From Mustelus asterias (Eukaryota): a DNA stretch of 64,000 nt. Location: the NCBI RefSeq assembly GCF_964213995.1, contig NC_135816.1, positions 46,624,001 through 46,688,000 of the forward strand, written 5' to 3'. Below are positions 50,191-63,688 of this stretch, piece after piece (within the stretch, counting starts at the first letter, position 1; each line of letters begins with the position of its first letter). Made by a program: the position numbers and the translations under genes. The notes below the pieces were generated by a model. It did no database searches, was not told the origin of the DNA, and worked only from the letters and a program-made list of their open reading frames with translations.

Positions 50191-50889
50191 CACTGGGGAA
50201 TCCTTCTCAGAAGTTCCCAGGTAAGGGTTCACATGTCAATTGTCCAGAACTGTTAACATCCCCTGGACAACTGATCTGCCCTGGGAACTGCCCAAAAAAG
50301 TGATTAAAATCACTAACTTCAGATGATTCTGCCAGGGTTATGCTGATAGTTACTTTGAAATAAAATCACTTCTAACTTAAACATAACAACTTTAAATACT
50401 CAAACTCAGTCCCACATGGGACACCCCCTATGTTCCCAACCCCACAGGGTCTTCCCACCAACCCCCAGGAAGCAACCCCCAACATGGCATTCCCCACCCC
50501 AACCCTTCCCCACCCACACACAGTTCCTACCCCACCCTAACCTGACCCAACCGGATACCCTCCCCCATCCCAACCCAACTACCCTCCCTACCCAAATCAG
50601 CTACAGCCTTCCTGATCCAAACCCCTACCCGATTAAACCTGACCCACACGCCAGAACCAAACCCCCCCAAAACCCAACCTGACCCAGCTGTCCAAAACTT
50701 TTCTTGTTCCTCATCACCAATATAATGACTCAGGAAACCTGACTGGAAAGGAACTAAGCTTATTGCAAAATGCAAAGTAAATTCACCAACGTGGTATACA
50801 CACACTAGTCCCTGGCTGGGACTACAGTCCAGCAGGCCCAGTCCTGGGCCCGCTGGATTGTAATCCTGGGCCTGCCTTATAAAAGGCAA

Positions 50890-51240
50890 GGGAGGTGGCG
50901 GCATAGTGATATTGTGACTGGACTAATTATCCAGAGATCCAGGGTAATGCTCTGGGGACCCAGATTCGAGTCCCACAATAGCATCTGGTGAAATTTGAAT
51001 TCAATAAAAGTCTGGAATTAAAAGTCTAATGATGTCCATGAAACCATTGTCGATTGTCATAAAAACCAATCTGGTTCACTAATGTCCTTTAGGGAAGGAA
51101 AATCTACCATCCTTACCTGGTCTGGCCTACATGTGACTTCAGACCCACAGCAATGTGGTTGCCTATTAAATGCCCTCAGAGATGGACAATAAATGCTGGC
51201 CCACCAATGATGTCCACATCCCATGCACGAATAAAAAACA
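50890..51240 (+). mobile_element. tRNA-derived SINE with L2-like tail
   Basis: Colinear with 49000-49339. Confidence 0.82.
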
Positions 51241-52462
51241 AAGGAAATGAGACCCAGCTGGGCAGGCCACTGCCTGTTACCAGGGGAACTCATACTCAAT
51301 GAACCCCACAGGGACATCAATCAATGATTCCCCATGGACCTCGTGGAGGTTACATAAAATTTGCTATGGATTTTGTTGTGGAAATTTATGCTTCAGCAAA
51401 TTCAACCAGTTTATATATTGCCTCTCCGTGTTATACAGTATTTGGCCAATTTATTTTCTGACTGGTCTTGGTACAATATTTACTTTCACACCTTCCACCC
51501 AGTTGTTCTCACTGCTGTAAAGTAAAGCAGCATCAATTTTTAAAAAAATCTAAACTAATTATTTATGATTGAAATTATAATATAATCCAAAACACACAAA
51601 CAACTAGTAAAAACAATAAGAACTTGTAGTTCAGCAACCAAGTTTATTCCTATACACTTGACAACTACCACACTTTGGATAATGCACCCGATTAACCAAA
51701 CACATTCAGATCAGCCTGGAGATGTATTATCTTTATAAATGCAGATTGGTGAAACAGCATCATTTCAAGAAGACTACAACGCTAATTATTACTCCTCCTG
51801 TCTCTCCTGCACAAAGTAGCAAACATGAACATATTTAGTTGACAAGACTCTTGCCCTCTAATCAGCACACTTCTAAAGCTAAATGATTTACATTGTTCGC
51901 AGTACAGAATTAGAAATTCTCATGACTATCAGCTTAGGTCAGTATTTGCACTGGTAATTCTTACTTGTTGTGAAAAGCAGACACCATTTCTTACTGAGTG
52001 CTATTTTGCATCATTGAAATTCTTATCAGTGATGAGTTTCTGTTGCTGAGAAGTGTCACCATCTGTCAAGCTGCTAAGCTGTGACTCCAGTATAGAAGAG
52101 CATTTAGTCATTTTTGACTGATCTTGACATCATTTTCATTCCAACATTTTGTGCTGCTTAAGAAATATCGGAATGCTGGACTTAATACTTCAATGCCCAA
52201 ATGGGATCTTTGGATTATAAATCATAAAATACATTTCACGCACAATGAGAATTCAGCACTACAATAACACATTCTGTTTTCTGTACAGTTCTTTGCAAAT
52301 GTTGTGCTCAGGAAGAAACAGGATGGCAGGATTAAGCAACAAAATGTTTTTCTAATTTAACGTCAGTTAAGGCATAATCCAGAGCAGTTCCAATGCAGAG
52401 CTCACTCTCTGAATGCATCTTTGCACAGCCTTACAGCAATTGAGCAAAAGCGATGGCACAGT

Positions 52463-52742
52463 GGGGACAGCACGGTGGCACAGTGGTTAGCACTGCTGCC
52501 TCACAGCGCCAGGGACCTGCTTGGGTCACTGTCTGTGTTGAGTCTGCACGTTCTCCCTGTGTCTGCGTGGATTTCCTTCCACAGTCCAAAAGATGTGCTG
52601 GTTAGGTGCATTGGCCATGCTAAATTCTCCCTCAGTGTACCCAAACAGGTGCCTGAGTGTGGCGACTAGGGGATTTTCACAGTAACTTAATTGCAGTGTT
52701 AATGTAAGCCTACTTGTGACCAATAAATAAACTTTAACTTTA
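52463..52742 (+). mobile_element. HE1-related SINE with alternative tail
   Basis: Same structure as 32350-32642. Confidence 0.85.
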
Positions 52743-54329
52743 TTAATTCTATTGCATTGTATTTGAGTTTAGAATTTAAGTCAGATGCATGCTCTCGGTT
52801 ATTGTCTACTAAGCACTGGATTACGACTTGCTAAATCAATAAATGACTGTAATAATTAGTTTAATACAACATAGTTCTAAATGACTGAAGAATGTCCAAG
52901 TCAATAACAAGTTCGATAGCAATGCTATGGTCTTGGTCAAGACCAGTAACTTTTGTTTTTAAGGAGAAAAAAATCCAAAATTCCAATTATTTATTGAAAA
53001 ATGAAGCTACATTTTCCATGATTAAAAACAAAAGAATTTTTACTATACAAGAGTCAAAAAAAGCTAACATTTAATACTGTTTTGGGTAACCACTTATACT
53101 CTAAAAGCCAGAATGAATTTACAGGCAAATTGTGGTTGTTCACAAACTATAAACTAAACATTAAATGGTAGATATAACTCATATAGGTGCCACAAATTGG
53201 TTTGTCAGTCCACTCAGTGTATCTATCATCAATTTCAGTCACAAATTCCTCCAAACTCTGGTCCTCCTCATAAGGAATTTCAGCCTCTTGTAGAATTTAG
53301 CCTGAATCTCAGCCCAACAGTGCCCAAACAGCCTGAGTTCCATGGACACAGTCCTCACCAAAAATAGCACACACCTGCAGATCCTCCTAACTCTGCTTAC
53401 AATGGTCTGAAAGGTACTGATCCACCAATGTTATCTCCCAGCTGCAGCAACTGTACATTTGCTTATTCTCAGATTCTGGATCTGATCTCTATCTTTGTTT
53501 CAGCCTTCCTGTACTACATCACTGGGAACAGCACCCGAGCTCCAAAGGTTCTGAGTCCTTTTATATGTTTTGACCAGGTATTGATTGCCCCATCAGTTTT
53601 GGTTTCCCATCTCAGTTTCTGTCTTAGTTTCCTTAGAAACTAGAAAGGTTGGTGCCCTTTCCCAATTAGGGTTGACCTCAAAAAGTACAAGCTTTGAAAC
53701 CACGGATTCTATCAGAGTAAGCGGTGCCTCAATCAGATCAACGCAGTTCACTTACACAGATTCAGTTGCAGCCCCCAAATATTATTTATTTAATGCATTT
53801 CATTTTCATATAAGCTACACTATTGATATTTTTAATTATCTTGTTCTTTGCTTCCAGAGTCAGCAGGAAATATCTCCATGGTTCCCATGGAGATAGTTTC
53901 ATTTCCATTAATGCAGAAATTAGCTCATTTCAAAGTTTGTTTTCTTAAAGCAAAGTAATAGGACTTTCTGTTTGAACTATGTTCAATTGCAGTTTTAAAA
54001 TAGCTGCTACCAAATTGAAAATGGTTAAAAGCCATATCAATTAATTCAATGAGATGGCTGCTTCGTTCAAGGCCACTTGACATTCTGATGCAGCTGTTAA
54101 TCGTTCCTGTTGCTTCAGTTGAGGTTGTAGTTTCTGATGATGCCAGCCTTCTGCTTGGACCCAATTATTAGCCAGCTTGCTGTGCATTAGTGAAAACATA
54201 GGGCAGAATTTTAGCAGAACCAAGCTCTTCACAGCTGGGATGTTTAACTCAGCCATGGCATTTGAATCCTGCTTCACTGAGCAGTCATAGAGTGTGGATG
54301 TGAGGATGGCCCGCACCTGTCAAATGAAG

Positions 54330-54900
54330 AGTTTCTGTTTAAAGGAAGACCAACAAAGTTCAGAATGGCTCCGCCAGAGATTCACTAGTGGGGCTTCAAC
54401 AACCAGAAGTATGGCAGCACGATGTGAAAAGGCTACCTCATGCCTGGTTCACCTAACACTTCTTTCATGCTGCACGCTCTGAGGATCCACAGAGAAGCTT
54501 CATTTCCATGAATTGGGGGACTGGACCAGCCTCATAACCCAAACAGGCAAGACATGAAAAAGTGAGCAGCAAGAGTGCGCCCCTCACACTGTACTCAGTG
54601 CCACTGGCGGTTCAATGTTCAATGACCTCTTGAGGGCAGGAAAAGTGAGTAGAATCTCACATTCTGGTCAGAACCACACCCTGAATTCTCCAGCATTCTT
54701 CTGCACAACACTCCTCAGACCAATGCACCTTGCGGTTTCACACACACTCTACTTTGCTTTGGGTGAAGAGAGCACAGAACTCCAAGGAGAGACAGAGAAC
54801 CAGAGGGTGGCTCTGCAGTGATAACCACCTTGACCACTGCAGAGGAGGCTCCTCTGAAAATTGGCAGAGTACTGGCCATTAGTGACAGAGAATGGCATTC
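54330..54900 (+). mobile_element. Harbinger Myb/SANT accessory-gene remnant
   Basis: Decayed xQC...FNDLLRAGK followed by a gtgagt donor; downstream exon remnant gagagacagagaacc...gcagaggag. Confidence 0.5.
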
Positions 54901-55913
54901 TTGCAGAGAGCTGATGACAGAATTACATATCACCCTGCCATTTAGTGCAGAATAATCAATGTTGAATTGATGTGACCACCAACTGAAATATGAATGTCGA
55001 CACAATGGCAACTTTTAATCCTTTCTCCATGTCAACTTTTTTTGTTCTTTCATGGGACATGGACATTGTTGGCTGGCCAGCATTTATTGCCCATCACTAG
55101 TTGCCTGAAGGCAGTTGAGAGTCAACCACATTGCTGTGGATCTGGAGTCACATGTCGGCCAGGCTTGGTAAGGATGGCAGATTTCCTTCCCTAAAGGACA
55201 TTGGGGAGCCAGATGGGTCTCATGTCCGATATCTTCCAAATGAGCTTCAAGCGTGATGCAGATGGGGAGTGGGAGAAAGCCAAGGAACTCTCTAAGAAGG
55301 TCACACACCCTTGAGGAGCTACCATCCAAACACTTTGGGGGAACTAGGTTCTTCCATGGTGAGTCACACTTCGTAAGTGAGCAAGGGCAGCAGTGGAGAG
55401 GCCCCGTTGGGGGGCTCAAGACTTTTCTTAACTGTTCGAGCTTTTCTTAACTGTATGCAATAGTTCAGCCTCTAGGGTCATCCACAAAGAGGACCATCCT
55501 AGAACAGCACCAAAAACACGTGTGAAGCTCTGATAGTATTTGCATAGGCACTGCACACCCTCAGAGAGTGACTGGAGGATTATATCTCAAATATGAGTGC
55601 CATAATATCTCAGACACGTATGCTGATGTCCACCTCTATGGAGTATCAGGCAAAACATGCAGCCACATGCATGTTTTCCTTGTCCTGCAGCCACATGCAT
55701 GTTTTCCTTGTCATTGCATGCTCAGCCTGAAGAGGGAAGAAGAAAAGGGAAGGAGGAAAGAAAGGCTTGAATTGAATTAGCACTTTTCACAGCCACAGGA
55801 CATCTCAAAGTGCCTTATAGGACCATAGGAATTAGGAACAGAAGTAGGCAATTCAGCTCTTCGAGCCTTCTCTGCCATTCAATCAGATCATGGCTGATCT
55901 CTTCCTGGTCTCA

Positions 55914-56277
55914 ATTTTGATTTGATTTGATTTATTGCCACATGTATTAACATGCAGTGAAAAGTATTGTTTCTTGTGCGTTATACAGACAAAGTATACC
56001 ATTCATAGAGAAGGAAACGAGAGAATGCAGAATGTAGTGTTACAGTCATAGCTAGGGTGTAGAGAAAGATCATCTTAATGTGAGGTAAGTCCATTCAAAA
56101 GTCTGACAGCAGCAGGGAAGAAGCTGTTCTTGAGTCGGTCGGTACGTGACCTCAGACCTTTGTATCTTTTTCCCGACGGAAAAAGGTGGAAGAGAGAATG
56201 GCCGGGGTGCGTGGGGTCCTTAATTATACTGACTTTTTTGCTGAGGCAGCGGGAAGTGTAGACGGAGTCAATGGATA
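55914..56277 (-). mobile_element. Rex1/Babar 3' fragment inserted in a CR1 tail (55820-56340)
   Basis: (tttga)n tail; SIDSVYTSRCL...RLKNSFFPAAVRLLN. Confidence 0.88.
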
Positions 56278-56344
56278 AGCTCCCTACTTGTTCCCCATAT
56301 CCCTTACCCAATTTTTTAAAATCTGAACTGTATTTATCTCCTTC

Positions 56345-56690
56345 TTGAAATGATATAGAGAATGAAGTACTTATAGTCACTGTTGTAATGTAGGAAACAA
56401 GGCAATCAATTTGTGCACCGCAAACTCTCACAAACAGCAATGTGATAATAGTCACATAATGTGTTTTATGATGTTGATTGAGGGATAAATATTGGCCACA
56501 ACACCAGGAATAACTCACTTCATGTTCTTCATAGTAGCACCATGGGATCTTTTCCATCTGCCCAAACCAGGAGATTGGGCCTTGTTTTAACATCTCATCT
56601 GAAAGTCAACATCTCCAACCATGCAGCTCTCCATCAGTCCTGCACCCATTTGATTTTTCTACTCAAGCCCTGAAGTGTGACTTGAATGTG
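56345..56690 (-). mobile_element. DeuSINE (SacSINE1-like)
   Basis: Reverse complement of the Deu core: gagggataaatattggcca...ccatgggatctttt; gtcactgttgtaatgtaggaaac. Confidence 0.82.
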
Positions 56691-57774
56691 GAGCTTTGTA
56701 TTTTCTTTGACCGAACCTTCGAAACTTGTGACCTCCATCCCCTAAAAGGACAAGGGCAGCAGACTCAAGGGAAAACCACCAACAAGCTCCCCACCAAGCC
56801 AAAAAAATCTTTCTCACTCAGAACAATTGAGAGTTTCAGGTTCAGGAATCATAGATAACCCAAAATAAGCTGTCAAGAACTGATAAGTAATTTAAGGTGG
56901 CTTATTAAGAAACAATAATTTTTGGATGTGATGCATAAGCTAAATAGGTAGGAAAGCATTTGATCCACAACAGGTCTAATTAGTTTACAGATCCCAGAGA
57001 ATAAATGGACAGATGACATACAGTGCGTCTGTAGCTTATGACAACAGCATTCTGCTCAGTAGTCAAAGTGTTAGGAAACTTTTACCCTGGTTTTCCTCCA
57101 TCACCCTTAGTCTAACTCCCATTTGATGAAGGCAGCTGCCTGATGAGGACTGAGTACCTGTTAACGTAATTTCTTTCCAGGGGCTGGTGGTTCATGCAAG
57201 GGTTGGTAGTTTGCCCAGGGGCTGGTAGTTTACTCTACGTCAATCGCTTGTTTGAACCTTTCTAAGCAATGAAAACAGGACAGGTACCCAAGATGTCAGA
57301 ATAGTCACCTCCCCACTATTCCATCACTTTAATTGGAATCCACATTTTAGTGTACCTCATGTCAAGAGTCATTTTCTCGCCCTTATTAGATTTGTTTAGG
57401 TGCAAATACACGTGCAAAGTTCTTCAGAATTACTGGAAGTTTCCTGTGGATTTCTACTGACGGGTGATTGTCTTACCCACAGGGTGCTGTATCCATTCAA
57501 TAGATGGAAAGTTTTTTTTTGTTAGAAGACTCCTTGCCAGTCATAGTTCAACAGATACTCTTTTGTATCTGGTCCATGTGCAACTACTTATATCTCAATT
57601 TTGACAGCAGACTTTTTGAACAAGGAAGTGGTTATGGTTGATCTAGTTGCGTTCTCACCCTTGTGCAAATGTGGACTTCCAAAGGTTACTGATAGCAAAT
57701 GAAATGCATAAAGCCTGATGACTTCACCCTTCCCAAATCAGAGACCAGAATGGTCATATGTCTTCTCCCCTATT

Positions 57775-58772
57775 TAGAACATAGAACATAGAACATTACA
57801 GCGCAGAACAGGCCCTTCGGCCCACGATGTTGCACCGACCAGTTAAAAAAAAACAAAAAACTGTGACCCTCCAACCTAAACCAATTTCTTTTCGTCCATG
57901 AACCTATCTACGGATCTCTTAAACGCCCCCAAACTAGGCGCATTTACTACTGATGCTGGCAGGGCATTCCAATCCCTCACCACCCTCTGGGTAAAGAACC
58001 TACCCCTGACATCGGTTCTATAACTACCCCCCCTCAATTTAAAGCCATGCCCCCTCGTGCTGGATTTCTCCATCAGAGGAAAAAGGCTATCACTATCCAC
58101 CCTATCTAAACCTCTAATCATCTTATATGTTTCAATAAGATCCCCTCTTAGCCGCCGCCTTTCCAGCGAAAACAATCCCAAATCCCTCAGCCTCTCCTCA
58201 TAGGATCTCCCCTCCATACCAGGCAACATCCTGGTAAACCTCCTCTGCACCCTCTCCATAGCCTCCACATCCTTCCTGTAATGTGGGGACCAGAACTGCA
58301 CACAGTACTCCAAGTGCGGCCGCACCAGAGTTGTGTACAGTTGCAACATAACGCTACGACTCCTAAATTCAATCCCCCTACCAATAAACGCCAAGACACC
58401 ATATGCCTTCTTAACAACCTTATCTACTTGATTCCCAACTTTCAGGGATCTATGCACACATACACCTAGATCCCTCTGCTCCTCCACACTATTCAAAGTC
58501 CTCCCGTTAGCCCTATACTCAACACATCTGTTATTCCTACCAAAGTGAATTACCTCACACTTCTCCGCATTAAACTCCATCCGCCACCTCTCGGCCCAAC
58601 TTTGCAACCTGTCTAAGTCTTCCTGCAAACTACGACACCCTTCCTCACTGTCTACCACACCACCGACTTTGGTGTCATCAGCAAATTTGCTAATCCACCC
58701 AACTATACCCTCATCCAGATCATTAATAAATATTACAAACAGCAGTGGCCCCAAAACAGATCCCTGAGGTAC
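57775..58772 (-). mobile_element. Young HER1/CR1 LINE, 5'-truncated, uninterrupted ORF2 C-terminus
   Basis: 292-aa ORF GPLLFVIFINDL...KFADDTK...; (tagaaca)n tail. Confidence 0.95.
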
Positions 58773-61072
58773 ATTTCATTAGGAAAATTTCACCTTTGAT
58801 GCGGCATTAATACCACAGATTTATTTGTTTGCTGAATCCTTAAGCACTATGTGATTTGATCTATGAAATTAGATTTTATCTATGATCTAGATTTTATCTA
58901 TGTAACCATATGTAGTTTAGTCTCTAGGTACTTTGACTTATGGATACGACTGGTCTTTGGCTAAGGGCAAGATCCCGTGGCCTTTTAATTTTAAAAGAAT
59001 GAGGCCTCTAGGGAATCAAATGCACTAAATAAAAGCTGATTCTTGAGGAGGAAAGGGGAATGACAGTGTGACAGTGTGAGTGACAGTGTGTGTTACAGCA
59101 CTCAGACAGGGCTTGGTGAGGAGGGGCCTTTCTTGTTCATGTTTTCGACACATTTCGAAGGACGTCCATGGTGTCAGCAAGTAACCCACATCGATGTGAT
59201 GATGGACACTACATCATGCAATTAGATTTTACATCAGTTTTTGAGTAGGCAGACAATGGTGTGAGCAAAGCAACAATTCCAGACAAAGATTCGGCTCAAA
59301 CAAACCAGTGTGTTCTTCATTAAAACACAAGGGACAACAATGTACTCATTTTAACAAAGAGCGAAGGAGGTCATTGTTTGGAGGTTGACTAGCTTTTTCC
59401 CCAGTGCACTCTTGCCAGGTACTTTTCATGTTGCCTGCCCTCGCATTGTAATTGAAGATGTGGCCACGGTGAGCTGCCACATAAGGCAATGTGAGCACAT
59501 ACTGCCCTAGTCACCTCCAATCCCTGCTGCTGTGTGAGCCTCATCTGGAGCCGGACCTGCAGCCTTCCTCTGTCGTACTTGATGGAGAAGTTCATCCACG
59601 GTGTCCTATTTAAACTGAGTAGAGGAGAGCCGTTCAGCAAACCTCAGTGACATTTCTTGAATTTAAGTTCTGCTGCCCAAATCTTTATATTTACTGAAAT
59701 GCCACAGCTATGACATTGCAACACAATTTCTCACCCCCTACATAATAAGCTCGGAATCAGAAGTGATACTCTGACCAGAAGCTTAATTAAAATTAGATTG
59801 TTATTGGAAAATGTGACGAGATCGTTGCACTTCCTTCCGGTGGGGACAGACTATGCCCCAGTGGAAAGTTTTAGCTGTATCGGCGGCTTGAACATTAAGT
59901 GGACTATTCAATTCAAGAAAAAAACATGCTTCCAGTTTTCAATAAAATTCTACACAGTTTCCACAATAACGATCCACACATTTGGAATGGTTACGAATGT
60001 CCAGTTGACGCACGCTAAATATGAATGAGATGAAAAACTAAGAACTCAGTTATATACAAGTAAAAGGGAACGAATTCTAGCTTTATTACACAAACTCCAT
60101 TTAACGGTGGCATACAGCTTTTTATCAGATTTTTTTCTGTCCCACTTCATTGCAGAAAAGGATCGAGAACAAAAACAATGTTCCCCAAAAACAAATAAGA
60201 TAGTAGAGTCAGTAAGATTTTAAAACAACTTTGAACATCCATTTGCAAAATACTTACTATTGTTCTCCTTTCACTCAAGTTTCTCAGCATTCCTCCCCCC
60301 TGCGATCCCCCCCCCCCCCGACCCATGATATTAGCCTCATTCACGTTGCTATTTTTAACTAGAAATTACAATCAGTATCGCTCTCGAGATGGCAGGTCAG
60401 AAATGCTACCATGTCACACAAGACTAAAATCCATTGAAGGTCTACATCTGCCTAATCGCCCACAGCACACAATTGTTTTTACCTTCAAAACAGTGTGAGG
60501 GGGCAGGATGGTTCAGTGATTTAGAAAAGCGTCATTTCTTCTTTGACCCAGATATCAATACAACCCCAATTGATAAAGTGCGCAAGTCTCATCCTTCTAT
60601 CGACTGTAAGGGTTGTTGTATATGTGGTCTTGATTGCCTCAGATAGATACCACTCCAACAAACAAAAACTGTACCAAATTTGGCAATCACACTCATTTGG
60701 AAAGCTGATTTTAGGCAGTGGAAAGTTTTCTTCTGTTCACTGGGAGTTTTAGGCTGAAGGCACATTGTTGGAAGCATCTGAACTTGCTAAACTGGTCTGA
60801 GTGTATTTATGCTGACAATGCAATTGGGGAAGTTCGCTCTTGCTGATTGATACCCCTCACATTCATGAACATAATTATTTTATAAACAAACTTGCAAGAA
60901 TTAATACTTACTAGAGCATAACATTGCAAACATTTTGCCCAGTACCTTGATTTAAGTTACTTGGCAATAACCAGGAGACTGATTAGTAAAATAATCTATT
61001 TGTGTTACGGGTTAATACAAAAGGCTTCTGTTGATGTTTTCTGATCAATATTTCATATCACAAATGTGATAT

Positions 61073-61381
61073 GGGCAGCACAGTGGCACAGTAGCTAGCA
61101 CTGCCGCCTCACAGCGCCAGGGACCTGGGTTCAAGTCCGACCTCGGTTCACTCTCTGTGTGGAGTTTGCACATTCTCTCCGTGTCTGCGTGGGTTTCCTC
61201 CCACAGTCCAAAGATGTACAGGTTAGGTTGATTGGCTATGCAAAATTGATCCTAGTGTCAGGGGATTAGCAGGGTAAATATGTGGGATTACGGGAATAGG
61301 GCCTGCGTGGGATTGTGGTCGGTGCAGACGCAATGGGCTGAATGGCCTCCTTCTGCACTGTAGGGATTCTATGATTCCATT
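61073..61381 (+). mobile_element. HE1 SINE
   Basis: A/B boxes, V-domain, CR1-type tail. Confidence 0.9.
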
Positions 61382-61507
61382 ATAATCTGTAGGATCTCTT
61401 TAATGCTTTCCATCAACTAAATGAATTGGTTATTGTTCAACTGAGCTGATCTGTTTAAAATATTGCAAGATTAGTTCAATTAAGCTTGAAAATGAAAATG
61501 CTGTGAC

Positions 61508-61541
61508 ATCGTTTCTCGGTCTTTTAGCTAAGATCAAGTGT
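61508..61541 (+). pseudogene. 3'-truncated U2 snRNA pseudogene
   Basis: atcgtttctcggtcttttagctaagatcaagtgt versus U2 5' end ATCGCTTCTCGGCCTTTTGGCTAAGATCAAGTGT (3 mismatches). Confidence 0.88.
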
Positions 61542-61681
61542 CAAATCAAGTCCACGATGAGGTGCAATGCAATTTAAAAAAACTTGTCCCAAATGTTTCG
61601 AAGACATTTCTTCCCTGATGATGCAGGATTTTCTTACAAATTTTCTTGTTTAAAAAAATTAATCACTGCAAATAAGATATA

Positions 61682-62505
61682 GGGCGGAATTTTCCCAGAA
61701 AATGACTAATTGGCATAATGGTGAGAAAACCGGACCAGCGCAGACCAGGCCACAATCATCCCACACATCATTTTTTTTGGAGATTAATGAGTTGTGTGCC
61801 GGTTCTGGGAGGGACAGAGCCTTAATAAGCCAGTGAGCTTGGCCACAAAATGATCAGGTGCCATTTTGAAAGAGTGCTTCAATCTCTCTGTGCACTGGGA
61901 CATCCCCTCCCTCCCTCCCCCCCATGGACATTAGGACCCCATCCCTCATCGGCGACATGTTACCCCCAAACCTTTCCTGACATGGGTCGCTGGCAGAGGA
62001 GCATTGGGGCGCACCCAATGGGTCTCTCTTCATGCCCCACCCCTATGTAGCTCCCCATCCCAGACCCCACCACCATAGGCCCCACCCTCTTGGCAGCGCC
62101 CCCCTGGCAGTTCCCAACTGGCATTGGCAATGTGCCAGATGAGCACTGCTGCACCATATCCCCAGCCACCCACGGACTTCAATGAACTCCAAGCCCCACT
62201 AGGCATGGCTTCTAGACTCCACTAGAGAAGACCAGTAGCGATTCTCGTCAGGTTTGCGCCATTCCCAAGAAGATCCCAGGAGCTGGAAGAATTTGGCGTT
62301 GAACAGGCTAAACATATTTAAACGTTACTTTAAATATACTAATTGGCTTTGCGCCTTTTCTGGGTGAGATTCAGTTTGCGCCAGTAGCAAGGAACGGGGA
62401 TGATTGCAAACCATTTGGCATCGTGTGCGAAACCATTTTTAGGCCCTACACATTTTTCCAGGATTGGCACAATCTGCACCAGATGTGGCGAGAAAAAAAT
62501 CACCC
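61682..62505. mobile_element. Harbinger-like MITE
   Basis: gggcggaatttt...aaaaatcaccc ends; C-rich interior. Confidence 0.6.
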
Positions 62506-63385
62506 ACATAGTCTGCTCACACACATAAAAAACCTGGATGAATAGAATTACAAGATTATAATTCTGAAGGTGATTTGAAAAAGCTGATATAGAATGCTTA
62601 TAAAATGCTTCTGCTGAATGAAAAATACAGAACCTTTAACAACACAACAGATTGCTTGCAGCAGACCATTTCTTCTGTAAGGAGTTGAGACTGATACCAC
62701 TATTTTCAGTGTTATCGGACATCAGCAGCACCTCAGAGCACACTAATATTCAGACAACAAAGCAGAGAATCTCTCAAAGCAAGAGGACATCAATAATCAA
62801 TGTTGGCCAAGGTTGTTCTGCTTTGATCTGTGAAACCAAGAGGCTAGGTTGAGCAGTGAGCAAATATCAAGGAGCTGCATTCCAGTAATTGGGTTGTATG
62901 GCTTGTAAAGCTATCCAGACAAATGAGGTGTACTCAAGAAAGTAAGCAGCTATCTGTTTTTTTCTCTAAATTTGGAGCGGTGGTCAAACATTTATAATAA
63001 ATGATTAAGGGGTAAGTTAGTGGCGCAACATTTTTAGAACACACTTCTAAAACCTGTCACTTCTCCGTTGGGAACCAGGGTTATAGTTAGTTCAGGCATT
63101 GAGAATGGAAGTCTCCTCTATGTCTCTTTGAAATAGCTCTTATGACTCACGGGAGAGATGAGCTCTGTCAGTATTAATTCAATCTCCGGTGGACATTGTT
63201 TCACAGCGGAGAACTGCTCCACATTCACCATTAACTCAGCAAGTTCAAGATTCAGAAGGCAAGGAAACAGAGGTGTACTAAACTGATAGGTCAGTTGAAA
63301 GAGAGGTAATTAACTCTTTCTCTGCCAGAAATCCAAGAATCCTGTCAATCCAGGCAGGCGCTTAGGCAGCTCAGTATTAAAAGTG

Positions 63386-63688
63386 GTGACAGTGGTCAGC
63401 ACTGCTGCCTCACAACGCCAGGGGCCCAGGTTTGATCCCTGGCTTGGGTCACTATCTGAGTGCAGTCTACACATTCTCCCCGTGTCTGCGTGGATTTCCT
63501 CCGAGTGCTCCAGTTTCCTCCCACAGTCTGAAAGACATGCGGGTTAGGTGGATTGACCATGCTAAATTCTTTCTCAGTGTGCCCGAACAGGCGCCGGAAT
63601 GTGGCGACTAGGGGATTTTCACAGTAACTTCATTGCAGTGTTAATGTAAGCCTACTTGTGACACTAATAAATAAACTTTAAACTTTTT
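63386..63688 (+). mobile_element. HE1-related SINE with alternative tail
   Basis: Same structure as 52463-52742. Confidence 0.85.

Noticed and set aside
58945-58990. Second U2-like fragment (ggtctttggctaag)
   Set aside because: The match is too short and diverges immediately.
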